DNA from: a virus
Length of the DNA stretch: 64,000 nucleotides
Reading direction: 5' to 3' (one strand)
Virus record (IMG/VR): IMGVR_UViG_3300011271_000003
Span: 34,805-98,804 of that record
Position numbers and translations under genes: made by a program. Positions 10,193 to 18,994 of the stretch are shown piece by piece; position 1 is the stretch's first letter, and each line of letters starts with the position of its first letter. Below the pieces are notes generated by a model, which ran no database searches, had not been told where the DNA came from, and was given only the letters and a program-made list of their open reading frames with translations.

Positions 10193-11875
10193 GACTCCTC
10201 CTCTGTAGTCTCGTCCGGATATAGTTCCTTATCTCGTGCACTCACGGTTACGTGGAGGTCGGCGGTATCTGCCTCCTCTAGCTGCATGATGATGACTTCT
10301 ATTGCCTCTCCTACACTAAGATTCCTTTCGTAGTCGATCACCTCCTGTTCTGTCATTTGGTGCTTCTCGACCGAATCGTAGTACGATTCCAGAGACGTGG
10401 CGTACTCGACTGTTACCGTTCGCTTGACCACTATCTCACGTTCGGGCATTCTTTCCTCCACGGCTTGGATCGGATCGCTTTGGCCATAAGCCCTAGTGCA
10501 AACTCCGCAAACTGTCGAGCCAGTCTGCCTTAGTGCTTCTTGTGGCGTCTTCCAGAAGTACCTAGCACTCTCCCACTGCTCGGATACTATTCTGCAACAG
10601 ACTGTTCGCGCTAGCAGAGGTCTGACGGCGTGCCATAGACCTCTGCTAGAGGGGTCATTCCTCGGAATCGGTCTGGCGTAGAGCGGCATTCCTTCCTCCC
10701 ACTTAACGTAGTCTTGAGGACAAGCGCTCGGCTAGTTCGTTTATGTAGTCTGCCCTCTCCTGTGAGCGAATCTTATGAGGATCAGGAAGTAGGTTCAACA
10801 GCTCTTTTATGTCCTTTTCACTTAGCAGCACGACCTTGAATTCTGTCACCGTTTTCCTCCCAAGTAAACTTCGCCTACTACGTCGCCGGATCTCGGACAC
10901 AACCATAGTAGGACCCAAACCTTACCTCGCTTCTCGTATTGCGTCAATAGCCTGGAAGAGGCGCCTCCATTGTATGGGTGGCGCAACCTGCATCGGGAGC
11001 ACCACTCTCCCCTGTTTACATCTTGAAGAGTCGGAGGATCTCCCTGAGCCCAGTCTGCTCCGCGGTGCTTCCGCTTGCGTCGGAAGGTCCTGTAGATGTG
11101 CCGCGGAAAAAGTTCGTCGTTCATCTTCAGTCATCTCGGCAGTTTCTCTCGCAGATCCTGGGCCAACAGCTCTGCATGTGCTGTAGCTGCGTTAACTTGA
11201 CGCTCTTCCACTACGGTGAACATCTTGCTGTCGCACCTGTCACCGTATCGCTCGTGCCGTAGCTCAGTTGATGAGCTGACGCGTATGCGCATCTTGTGCC
11301 GGACACACCGGACATAGGTGTTAGTCATCACCACACCAGATGTAGTAGGAAGTATGCGGACGTATATGCAACTACTGTTAGGGCTGCTATCACTAGCTTG
11401 CCCACTAACACTTACCACCCTCCATGGGATGCGGCAAACTGGTGAAGTACCGGTCTGCACACCGGTTATCAGCAGAGCTGCTGAAGTTGCCGCCAGTCGG
11501 GCAGCGCCGGTCTCCTGCCACGCCGCCACATCGGCCTATGCGCCCTAGTATCGTGGGCAGTGCCTTAAGTCCTAGCTCGGTAGCTTCGGCGAGACCTGTG
11601 CCACTGCAGTTAGTCAGGGTACACGAAGTGCGAGCGGTCGTCGGGGTCAGGAGGTGGTGTACGCCGATCACTATCCGAACAGTGGTCTTCGTCAGTTGTG
11701 ACCACTGGTAGAGCCGGATCGAGCTGGCTAGGATGTTCATGCGTCTCCTCTTTGAATGGACCTATGTAACGGATAACCTGAATCGGCTCACCATCAGACC
11801 ACTCGAGAGTTATCTCAACGTCGTATGCCCCAGTGGGAAGGTTCTCCGGAAAGCCTACAAACGTCTGGTATATCA

Positions 11876-12289
11876 TTACCGGTTCCGCCCCTCTTCCGCT
11901 GCGGTGCAAGATCCACAGCACCTACATGTCGCATACCCGCAGTCGAAACAACAAGTACTGCCGTAGCGCTGTGCATACTTAATCCGCTGGCATACTCGGC
12001 ACGTACCGTTCGACTCTTGGCGGCCGAAACGTTCTGTATCGTGTCCTTTTCCGCATGCTCCTCTGGAGCAGTCGTAATGTCTGTGACATGGAACACAAAG
12101 CGTAACGTAGACATTTCTTGTGTCGTGAACGTGAGCCCACTCCTGAGCTCGACTCTGGCACCCGCCTTCACAAAGTTGCCGGTGCGCAGGACCAAATCTT
12201 TGTCGGAGCCAGGTATGCAGCATCTGGTACGCAGCCGAGTTCTTGGGCAGCGCAACGTACGGAGATCCGAACTCAAGAGTAACTTGCAC
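11876..12289 (-). CDS. HNH-like Cys/His-rich endonuclease, paralogue of 17703-18071
   Basis: YQMLHTWLRQRFGPA..QLCEGGCQSRA.EWA...TLCVPCHRHYD..CGKGH..FG..CRVC..CFDCGYATCRC. Confidence 0.7.
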   Translation of the reverse strand: MQVTLEFGSPYVALPKNSAAYQMLHTWLRQRFGPAHRQLCEGGCQSRAQEWAHVHDTRNVYVTLCVPCHRHYDCSRGACGKGHDTERFGRQESNGTCRVCQRIKYAQRYGSTCCFDCGYATCRCCGSCTAAEEGRNR

Positions 12290-12370
12290 CCTAGCGCCTT
12301 TCTTCTGCAGCTACGCAAGCTCGACAAGGCCTCTTATCTTCAGGTGGGCTATCAAGAAGCCTGAGTAGCC

Positions 12371-12655
12371 TCATGGTACTATTTCAAATAGATGCCAGAC
12401 GAACCCACTTGCTTGGACCGCTGTTCCGATGTATACTTTCCCTGCCGGATCGAAGTCATGTCCAGTGCCGTGGATTTCGAACGTTCGCTGAATCCAAGTC
12501 TCCTCTGCTCTGACGGTATGCATTTCCCAGAGACAGATAGCATTCGCGATGTGGTTCTGGGCCCCAACATGCAGAAGCTGCGCCCCGTTAGGAAGCTCGA
12601 CAGTTAGTGGCTTCTCGGGCTGTAGCGAGAGTTCGTGCTTCCAGATCACTTTCAT
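12371..12655 (-). CDS. Conserved small phage beta-strand protein of unknown function
   Basis: IWKHEL..VELP.GA..LHVG.Q...ICLW...FEIHGTGH...YIGT....FVWHLFE, a recurrent phage family pattern. Confidence 0.7.
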   Translation of the reverse strand: MKVIWKHELSLQPEKPLTVELPNGAQLLHVGAQNHIANAICLWEMHTVRAEETWIQRTFEIHGTGHDFDPAGKVYIGTAVQASGFVWHLFEIVP

Positions 12656-12902
12656 TCGGTTTCACCTTTCGGTGGTGTCCAGCCCATTGCTACGAGTGCT
12701 TCGTATGTGTTCGTGTTGAGTCTGGTCTTGACGTCTACGTCAACGACTATTCCGTCTGTAACGTCCAGGCCAATGGTTGCGATGGGGATTTTCTCAGGTC
12801 GGAGGCGCACATCGAGCGCAGTTAGGTAGACAGGGTGGCCGCCCAGCTTGATCTCCTGAACTATGGAGCCCCTGGAAGTAATTTCTAGTCGATTTACGTT
12901 TG

Positions 12903-13163
12903 TCATTCAGCTTCACCCTTCGGTCGGAAGAACTCGTCTGCTTCTTCTTTTTTGATACACTTCCTACCACACGGGCAGAGTACAGTTGCGAGGTGTCCTG
13001 CCCTGATATGATAGTAGATAATCTGTGGCGACAGGCGAGGAACGGTCTTTGCGTAGTTCACTGGAGTAATCAGCGGTGCGTCCTCGATCTCGTCAAGGGC
13101 CATCGCTTTGAGCAGCTCGTCTATGTTCGAGTATGCGTGCTCGCTTTCATCGTTCGCGGTCAT
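12903..13163 (-). CDS. Excisionase/MerR-like HTH DNA-binding protein
   Basis: LITPVNYAK..RLSPQIIYYHIRAGHL...RKCIKKEEADEFF. Confidence 0.7.
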   Translation of the reverse strand: MTANDESEHAYSNIDELLKAMALDEIEDAPLITPVNYAKTVPRLSPQIIYYHIRAGHLATVLCPCGRKCIKKEEADEFFRPKGEAE

Positions 13164-14803
13164 AGTACAACTCTCGTGGGTTTACGTTGCTCGATGAAGC
13201 ACGCTAGTCCGCGCCTTAGACGCGCTATAGTAAAGTCTAATCGCTGAGCTCACCCACTTTGACACCTTTTTAAGGAGGCTAGAGCTAGAGCGTCTAACTT
13301 AATTCTAACTCTTCGTGCTGCAGCTGGCTATCATAGGCGCGCTGCGCCTGCTCGTCGGGCGACAGTTGATCCCAGGTAGGAGTGTACACGTCTCCTACGA
13401 GCTGCTTGGCCTGGCGCCAGATTCCGTAGGAAATCATTGCTGCTGCCGTAACCGGCTCAAGATCGTTGTGCACTTTGCTCCACCACTTTTACCTTCGGGC
13501 AAGTAGTTGTCGGACGCCGTACGTGACTAGGCTTCCAAATCTCTGTGCACTGAGGCCGAATGCACACCAGTACCGGAACGTCGTTGTTCGTTGCCTTCGC
13601 CTTCCAGATATGCTTACCGGTCGGGTTCCCCTGCGAGGTCTTGGCTGCGTACAGCCTCTCCCTGATACGCGCCTCGTTTCGCTTCTGCTCTCTGACACAC
13701 CTCATGTGTCCTTCGTGGTAGACACCAGCCGCTCGCTGACAGACTTCCTCGTCAGGCTTTAGCGGGTCACATCTGTTCATCATTCCTCCCATCCTGCTTC
13801 GCAAAGGCAGTCTCCATTGCCGCAGCAGCCCCACCCGTGCTTCTCTGGATCGTCCTGGGCAGGACACCAGGGCGCACACGTACAAGACCCTATGAAGGCT
13901 GCATGCTCTTCCCACTCGCCGTCGTTGTCGTCGCTCATTCGTCTGGCCTCGGATCCTGCAGCGTAGGAAGGAATGGCCTAGGCTGCGAGCTAAAATGTCC
14001 ACGCTCCTGGAAGAACCCAGGAATCTGTCCTCCGTCAGGGTTGATCATCTTGTACTGAATCCACTCCGTCCGCAGGTAGCGTTTACCTACTCGACTGAAT
14101 TTGCGGTGCAGGAGTAGCTCACCGCACTTGTTGACCTGAACTCTTATCACCCGTGGGTACACGTGCTCCTGACCGCTGAAGGTGCTGACCACTACTTCAA
14201 ACTGCTTTCTCATCCGTGCCACATTCCTATCACCTGTAGATCGTCGTTGCTATCGGTAAGCCAGACTGGGTCGTCTTTGAGATTCTGTATCATTCGGTCT
14301 AGGACGTTTAGCAGCTGAACGTCCTCATCGCCGGTAGGCAGAATTGCTAGCTGAACGTCCAGTATAATCCTCTGCATGTTAATAGGACCCTCTGTAGTTA
14401 AGGTCGTTCAGGATCTCGTGAGCCCGTCCTGTCTTCGCCTTCTCGTCGTCCTGGGCCGCCAGGAGTGCTAGGTTGTCCCGGGCCGCCTGAGCCAGCCCTG
14501 AATGAGGTGATACCTGGTCGTAACGCTTGTCACTCATTCCGCCTGTACCCTTAGGCGGAATCGTCCCATCGGGATTGACTTGCCGAGCCCAGCGATTGCG
14601 GATCGGCTTCATCACTTCTCCGTTCGCCAGTCGCTCAGGCGGGAGGAACTCTGGACATCTGTCGTTCCTACACTCGTACAGTTCCACCGTTGTGCCTTGT
14701 GGAATCCCTGACATAGGTGAGACCTGAGCACGGCGCCGGTTAAGCATAATTCCCATCTCATTACACGATGGGCAGCGTCTGCTCTCTTCCTCCTGCGTGT
14801 CGG

Positions 14804-15229
14804 TCATCCTGTAGCCTCCAGACGCTCAAGTTTCGCCTCTACTGCCTGGAGGCGCTTGTTAATCTCTAGGAAGCGTTGCTCTAGCGCTCCCAGTCTGGTG
14901 CCTCGTACTTTCTGAGCCTTTGCGACCCTCATAAAGACGTCAATGTCTGGATCGTCGAGTAGCTCCCACCTGGATGCAGCGCTCCCACCTCCTCGGCTTA
15001 GCTGCTTGATACAGTTCATCTGTTCGAGTCGGTTCAGACATGAAGAATAGTAGGGCGTAGGTAGCTCGAGCTGTCTGAAGAGCTTAGTTGTGTGCCCCTC
15101 CCAGATGAAGGCGTGCCGCTGGTCCCCACCGTCTGGGATGTTAACGGGTATGGCCCCTGTCTTCATTGCTGCGAACACTCTGCAGACATGTTCGTAGAGT
15201 TTTGGTGGAGCGCTTCGCATTGCGGTCAT
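14804..15229 (-). CDS. Probable winged-helix protein with C-terminal coiled coil
   Basis: LFRQLELPTPYYSSCLNRLEQMNCIKQLSRGG..SRWEL, then heptad tail LEQRFLEINKRLQAVEAKLERLE. Confidence 0.55.
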   Translation of the reverse strand: MTAMRSAPPKLYEHVCRVFAAMKTGAIPVNIPDGGDQRHAFIWEGHTTKLFRQLELPTPYYSSCLNRLEQMNCIKQLSRGGGSAASRWELLDDPDIDVFMRVAKAQKVRGTRLGALEQRFLEINKRLQAVEAKLERLEATG

Positions 15230-15689
15230 GCGGGCTCCAGCTTGGCCCTGATTCGTTCTGCTGTTCTAGCTGCGTCGTCCATCGCGAGTGCGACTCCTAG
15301 TAGGTCTTCCCAGCTCTTGAGAGTGGGATCTGACGCTATATGTTTCTGCTGTGCATCTTTTTGGTCCGCCCAACCTTCGAGCACCGTGTCGAGTATGAAT
15401 GCTAGGACATCGGTCTCGTCGTTGTCGAGCTCAAGGGTCATACTCTGACCTCCGTTGTGTAACACAAAAATCTGCCAAAATATATACGCCATCCACCCTC
15501 AGCGTCACCTCACGACGCCTACACCCGTGGCCTCCCGCGGTCCTACAGAAGCTATTCACCTTCATCCTCATGTCAGAAGGACTGAGCAGGCTCTCTTTTT
15601 CGGCATCCGCTACTGTTAGTGTTCCTTCGACAAGCGGTCGTCGACTACGACGAGAGTTATCTGTGACCTGAAACACAGACAATGACTGT

Positions 15690-16445
15690 TGTAACCGGCC
15701 GGTGAATGGGCCAGCGCTTCTGCAGGCGCTTCCTTGTACTGGTCTGGGTCCGATAGCTCACAGCGCCTTCACGTACACCATCGGACCCAGAAACTCCTAA
15801 GTGCCAGGGTGCCGCAGGGGTAGTGGTCACTAGTAACCAGCGCGCGTTACCCCTGCGACAGAGCGGAATCGAACCGTCCAGCATTACGATCTGCCCAAAT
15901 CTGTGTTGTTGTAAGTTCGGGCTCCGGGAGTCCTGTTCCTGGCCGGCTGACAACCGACCGTTACGGAACAGGACTCCCGTGAGGGTTTAGCCCGACGCGC
16001 TGTGCCCTGCACCTCGAAGAGGTGGACGCTCCCTCGCTATTCCTGGCCCCTTGCCAGTCACGGCTACTCACCAGGACTTTTGCGTCCAGCTCACAGCTCT
16101 AGGCACGTCGGCATCCGACACTTTCGTTCGGACCTCACTGCGAGCTGAACGTGGTGGCGCGCTTACCGTATCGTACCGTGCCATCTGTTAGCTGGCACGG
16201 GCATTTAAGGTAAGCGCGCTGTTTACGACCGGCTCCTCAGGGGCTCCTATACTTGCCGCTCGCGCGGGCCTTGCTGAGGACTTACCTGGTTGACCAGCGC
16301 CCGCCATCCCATTGGATGGCGGGCGTATCCAGTTCGAGGGTGGTCAGTGCCTACCGGTCCGTCTTCCCAGAGGGCGGTTCGGGTTCCCCACTCTCTGGGC
16401 GCTCCTTGTCACCGTACTAATCCGTCATGGGACGAGGAGCCTGTC
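15690..16445 (-). ncRNA. Large (~750 nt) highly structured non-coding RNA candidate; ends approximate
   Basis: No credible ORF; dense long inverted repeats (15, 12, 12, 11 and 9 bp); GNRA tetraloops on the - strand (AC-GAAA-GT, CCGC-GCGA-GCGG); internal T-loop GGTTCGATTCC at ~15865-15875. Confidence 0.7.
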
Positions 16446-16446
16446 T

Positions 16447-16461
16447 CTATTGAGTTGTCAA
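16447..16461 (-). promoter_or_regulatory. boxA-like antitermination motif (actinobacterial rrn leader type)
   Basis: TTGACAACTCAATAG, identical to 42194-42208 and similar to the rrn leader TTGAGAACTCAATAG. Confidence 0.65.
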
Positions 16462-16706
16462 AAGTTATCGGCGGAGCTGCCCCAGCCACCGGCCTAAGGG
16501 TTTCCACGACAGCTCCGCCTTCGGCTCTCCGTCAGCTTTGATCGTGTGCCTGCTCTCAAGGAACTAGCATCGATCTCGAGCTTTTGGCGAACCTAGTCAG
16601 CGGTGGAAGTTTGACCTCCCACCGCCGTCGACCGGTCTCAGCGTGTCGGCGCTGGCCTTGTCGATCCGGCGCTCGGTCAGCGACACCCGACCTGCGTACC
16701 GGAGCG

Positions 16707-16780
16707 TGGACCAGACGGGGTTCGAACCCGCGACTTTCCCGATGCTAGGCACGTCTGCCTAGACCCGCGCATACTGGCCC
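16707..16780 (-). ncRNA. 74-nt tRNA-like RNA lacking a D-stem and anticodon loop
   Basis: Acceptor GGGCCAG/CTGGTCC+A, T-arm GCGGG-TTCGAAC-CCCGT, central hairpin CTAGGCA-GACG-TGCCTAG. Confidence 0.75.
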
Positions 16781-16785
16781 ATCCG

Positions 16786-16885
16786 TGGGTGGGAGGGATT
16801 TGAACCCTCGAGCAGTTTCGCTGGGAGCAGCGACCCCGCGATACTTCCCTAGTATCACCGAACGGCCTCTAGCGGCATACCACCC
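16786..16885 (-). ncRNA. ~100-nt atypical tRNA-like RNA
   Basis: Acceptor GGGTGG/CCACCC, T-arm GAGGG-TTCAAAT-CCCTC, mini D-arm GCC/GGC, 8-bp stem GTGATACT/AGTATCGC with a 5-nt loop, extra arm TCGCTG/CAGCGA. Confidence 0.7.
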
Positions 16886-16934
16886 TACCACCTTACCGAC
16901 GAGAAGGGCATCAGCTCTTACCGTCGGAGGAGGT

Positions 16935-17525
16935 TTATTCAGCCTCGACGACCTCGGAGCCGTCGGTCACTTCGGCCTCTTCCTCCGCCTCGACCGGAAC
17001 GGTCCCTGGCACCTGCACAGCTGCCTTAGCCGTGGTCGTTCCGGAGGCCTTGGCTGCCTTCTCTGCGGCCTTAGCTGCCTTAGCGTCCGCCTTGGCCTGG
17101 TCACGCTCGCCCTTGCGACCCCACCAGGCTACGACCTCAGCGATCACGACGCCAGGCCGAGTGAGAGTAACGCCGTGCTCGCTGACCTGCGGCTCAGCGA
17201 AGGTGTTGCCCTCCGCGTCGTAGTGCTTGACGGGGAACGGGTCGTCCTTGCCCGGTGACTTCACGAAGCCGTACATGCGCTGCGGCTGGAAGTTCGCATC
17301 CACGAACGGTGCGGATGCGCCTTCCTCCTTGTGCGTCTTCAGCCAGTTCAGCGCCTCGATCGGAGTCGAGACACCTTCCGGCAGCTTGTGCTTCGTAGCC
17401 GGGTTCGTGGTACCTGAGGTCGGCTGCGCTGGGACCGCTTCGGTCCCAGCAACCTCCTGCCCGTTGGTAGCAGCTTCGGCCTGTGCTTCCTCGGCCGCCG
17501 GGGCCTCGGTCTGCATGTCAGTCAT
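16935..17525 (-). CDS. Putative nucleic-acid-binding protein (TP...PQ..YG family) with low-complexity tails; first gene of the ncRNA operon
   Basis: STPIEALNWL...FQPQRMYGFVKS core, AKAAKAAEKAAK tail; directly downstream of the 17616-17648 promoter. Confidence 0.7.
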   Translation of the reverse strand: MTDMQTEAPAAEEAQAEAATNGQEVAGTEAVPAQPTSGTTNPATKHKLPEGVSTPIEALNWLKTHKEEGASAPFVDANFQPQRMYGFVKSPGKDDPFPVKHYDAEGNTFAEPQVSEHGVTLTRPGVVIAEVVAWWGRKGERDQAKADAKAAKAAEKAAKASGTTTAKAAVQVPGTVPVEAEEEAEVTDGSEVVEAE

Positions 17526-17615
17526 TTAACGTCCCTCTTCCTTTCTTAGGACTCTTTACGCCCTAGTGGGCTGGCTAGGCTTCTTGCCGAGCCATGCTCT
17601 TGTTGATATATGAAT

Positions 17616-17648
17616 ATTTTATCGCAGGCTCACTGGGGAAGGCAAGGG
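17616..17648 (-). promoter_or_regulatory. sigma70-type promoter
   Basis: CCC-TTGCCT-N18-TAAAAT with upstream A-tract. Confidence 0.7.
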
Positions 17649-17702
17649 CTCAGGTACAGGTTTTTTGAGATTCTTTTGGTCCACTATGTAGCTCTTGGTA
17701 TT

Positions 17703-18071
17703 CTATACACACCTACATGGAGAATAGCCGCATGCTTGGCACGGAGCCTTTTGCCCGTTAGCTTTTGCTGATGATATTCGGCTACACGCTCCGCATCCGC
17801 CGTCTGAGCGACGACCAAAGCGCCTAGTATCATGCCCTCTAGGACATACTTGGTGGTCATACAGCATATGACACCGATGACAAAGTGTCACAAAGGTACT
17901 TCGTGTGCCATGAACGTAAGCCCAGTCCTCTGCCCTACTCTGACATCCGCCCTCGCACAGCTGGAGGTACGCCTGTCCGTACCGTGATCGAAGCACGTAG
18001 TGCAGCTCGTTGTACGATTTCCTGGATACCTTAAACGACACGCATTCGTGACTAGCAAGGGTGACCTGCAC
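17703..18071 (-). CDS. HNH-like Cys/His-rich endonuclease, paralogue of 11876-12289
   Basis: GTG start after AGGAG gives MQVTL as in the paralogue; identical QLCEGGCQSRA block. Confidence 0.7.
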   Translation of the reverse strand: MQVTLASHECVSFKVSRKSYNELHYVLRSRYGQAYLQLCEGGCQSRAEDWAYVHGTRSTFVTLCHRCHMLYDHQVCPRGHDTRRFGRRSDGGCGACSRISSAKANGQKAPCQACGYSPCRCV

Positions 18072-18139
18072 TTTGCTCCTAAGGCTTTTAATCAGGTTTC
18101 TTGTAGCACCTCTTGTATCACTTGGTAACACACAACTCG

Positions 18140-18994
18140 TCAGCACCCGCTGATATTATGGAACTGGGTAAGGGCATCGGTTGTCACCTGGTTCGGGTGA
18201 ACGAACAGCGCGATCGTGAATGCCGCCGTCGTATCTGGGGTCCAGATGTCCACGGTTACGCCAGCCGCCTGGAATGCCCTCACCTGGAATCCCGTGAGGT
18301 AGCCCGTAGCCGCATCCACCTGGGACGAGCCGCCCGCTCCTGCTGCTGTCAGTGGCCAGAACGGGGCGACTAGCAGGTGCGTGCGCTCGCCCGGGTAGGC
18401 CTTGCGCACAGCCGCTAGGCCGGTGACCGAGGTACCGGATACGGTAGTGAACGTGCTGGCCGCAGCCGCCTTCATGACCGCAATGTACGCCGCGAACTCA
18501 GCCGCCGTCCAGCTAGATGATTCCTCGACCTCGACCTTCTCTCCGAGGGTCTTGGCTCGCGCCAGGTATGCTGTCAGCGTCGGTAGGTGTTCGTAGGTCA
18601 GTCCTGAGGGCGGCGTTGTCGAAGTGCCAGGTACCAGGTAAAGCCGCTGAGCCGTTAGTTGTGTAACGGTGTAGTTTTGTGGCGGTCCAGTCAGGTTGGT
18701 AAAGTACTGAAGTGCTGCGCCGTGCATAATGATCGGTACAGGTGACTGGCCTCCACCTGACATGTTGACGTCGGTCTCTACCCACGTCGCTTTGCCGTTC
18801 ACTGAAGCCGCTGTGATCGCGCCAAGACTGTTCTCAGGTAGTCCCCAATACGGGTAGTGAAACCCCATATGCGCTACTAGAGTCGGACAAGTTGCTGTCG
18901 CAGCTTGAACGCCTCCTGGAGGAGGAGGCAGGAGTACAGCTATGGCAGCGAGTGCTGCAATTCCGAAATACTTATGAATCTTCATGTCTCTCAC
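18140..18994 (-). CDS. Secreted glycerophosphodiester phosphodiesterase (GDPD)-family protein
   Basis: Signal peptide, VAHMG...PENSLGA, VETDV, IIMHG, LPTL..YL, VDIWTPD and VTTD motifs. Confidence 0.8.
   Translation of the reverse strand: MRDMKIHKYFGIAALAAIAVLLPPPPGGVQAATATCPTLVAHMGFHYPYWGLPENSLGAITAASVNGKATWVETDVNMSGGGQSPVPIIMHGAALQYFTNLTGPPQNYTVTQLTAQRLYLVPGTSTTPPSGLTYEHLPTLTAYLARAKTLGEKVEVEESSSWTAAEFAAYIAVMKAAAASTFTTVSGTSVTGLAAVRKAYPGERTHLLVAPFWPLTAAGAGGSSQVDAATGYLTGFQVRAFQAAGVTVDIWTPDTTAAFTIALFVHPNQVTTDALTQFHNISGC

Noticed and set aside
13165-13295. Intergenic stretch with short TTAGAC/GTCTAA inverted repeats
   Set aside because: Stems are short and ambiguous; it could be a decayed ORF. 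Insufficient support for an RNA call.
15657-15953. 98-aa ORF inside the structured region
   Set aside because: No SD, atypical composition, overlaps long inverted repeats; better explained as ncRNA.
16465-16545. Hammerhead ribozyme (CTGA...GAA three-way junction)
   Set aside because: The core lacks CUGANGA, GAAA and the UH cleavage triplet in register.
16707-16885. Functional decoding tRNAs
   Set aside because: Neither has a 7-nt anticodon loop with U33 on a 5-bp stem; reported as tRNA-like instead.
15690-16930. tmRNA or RNase P RNA
   Set aside because: No tag reading frame between matching acceptor halves, and only a partial AAAGTCC resemblance without the RNase P 3-prime consensus.
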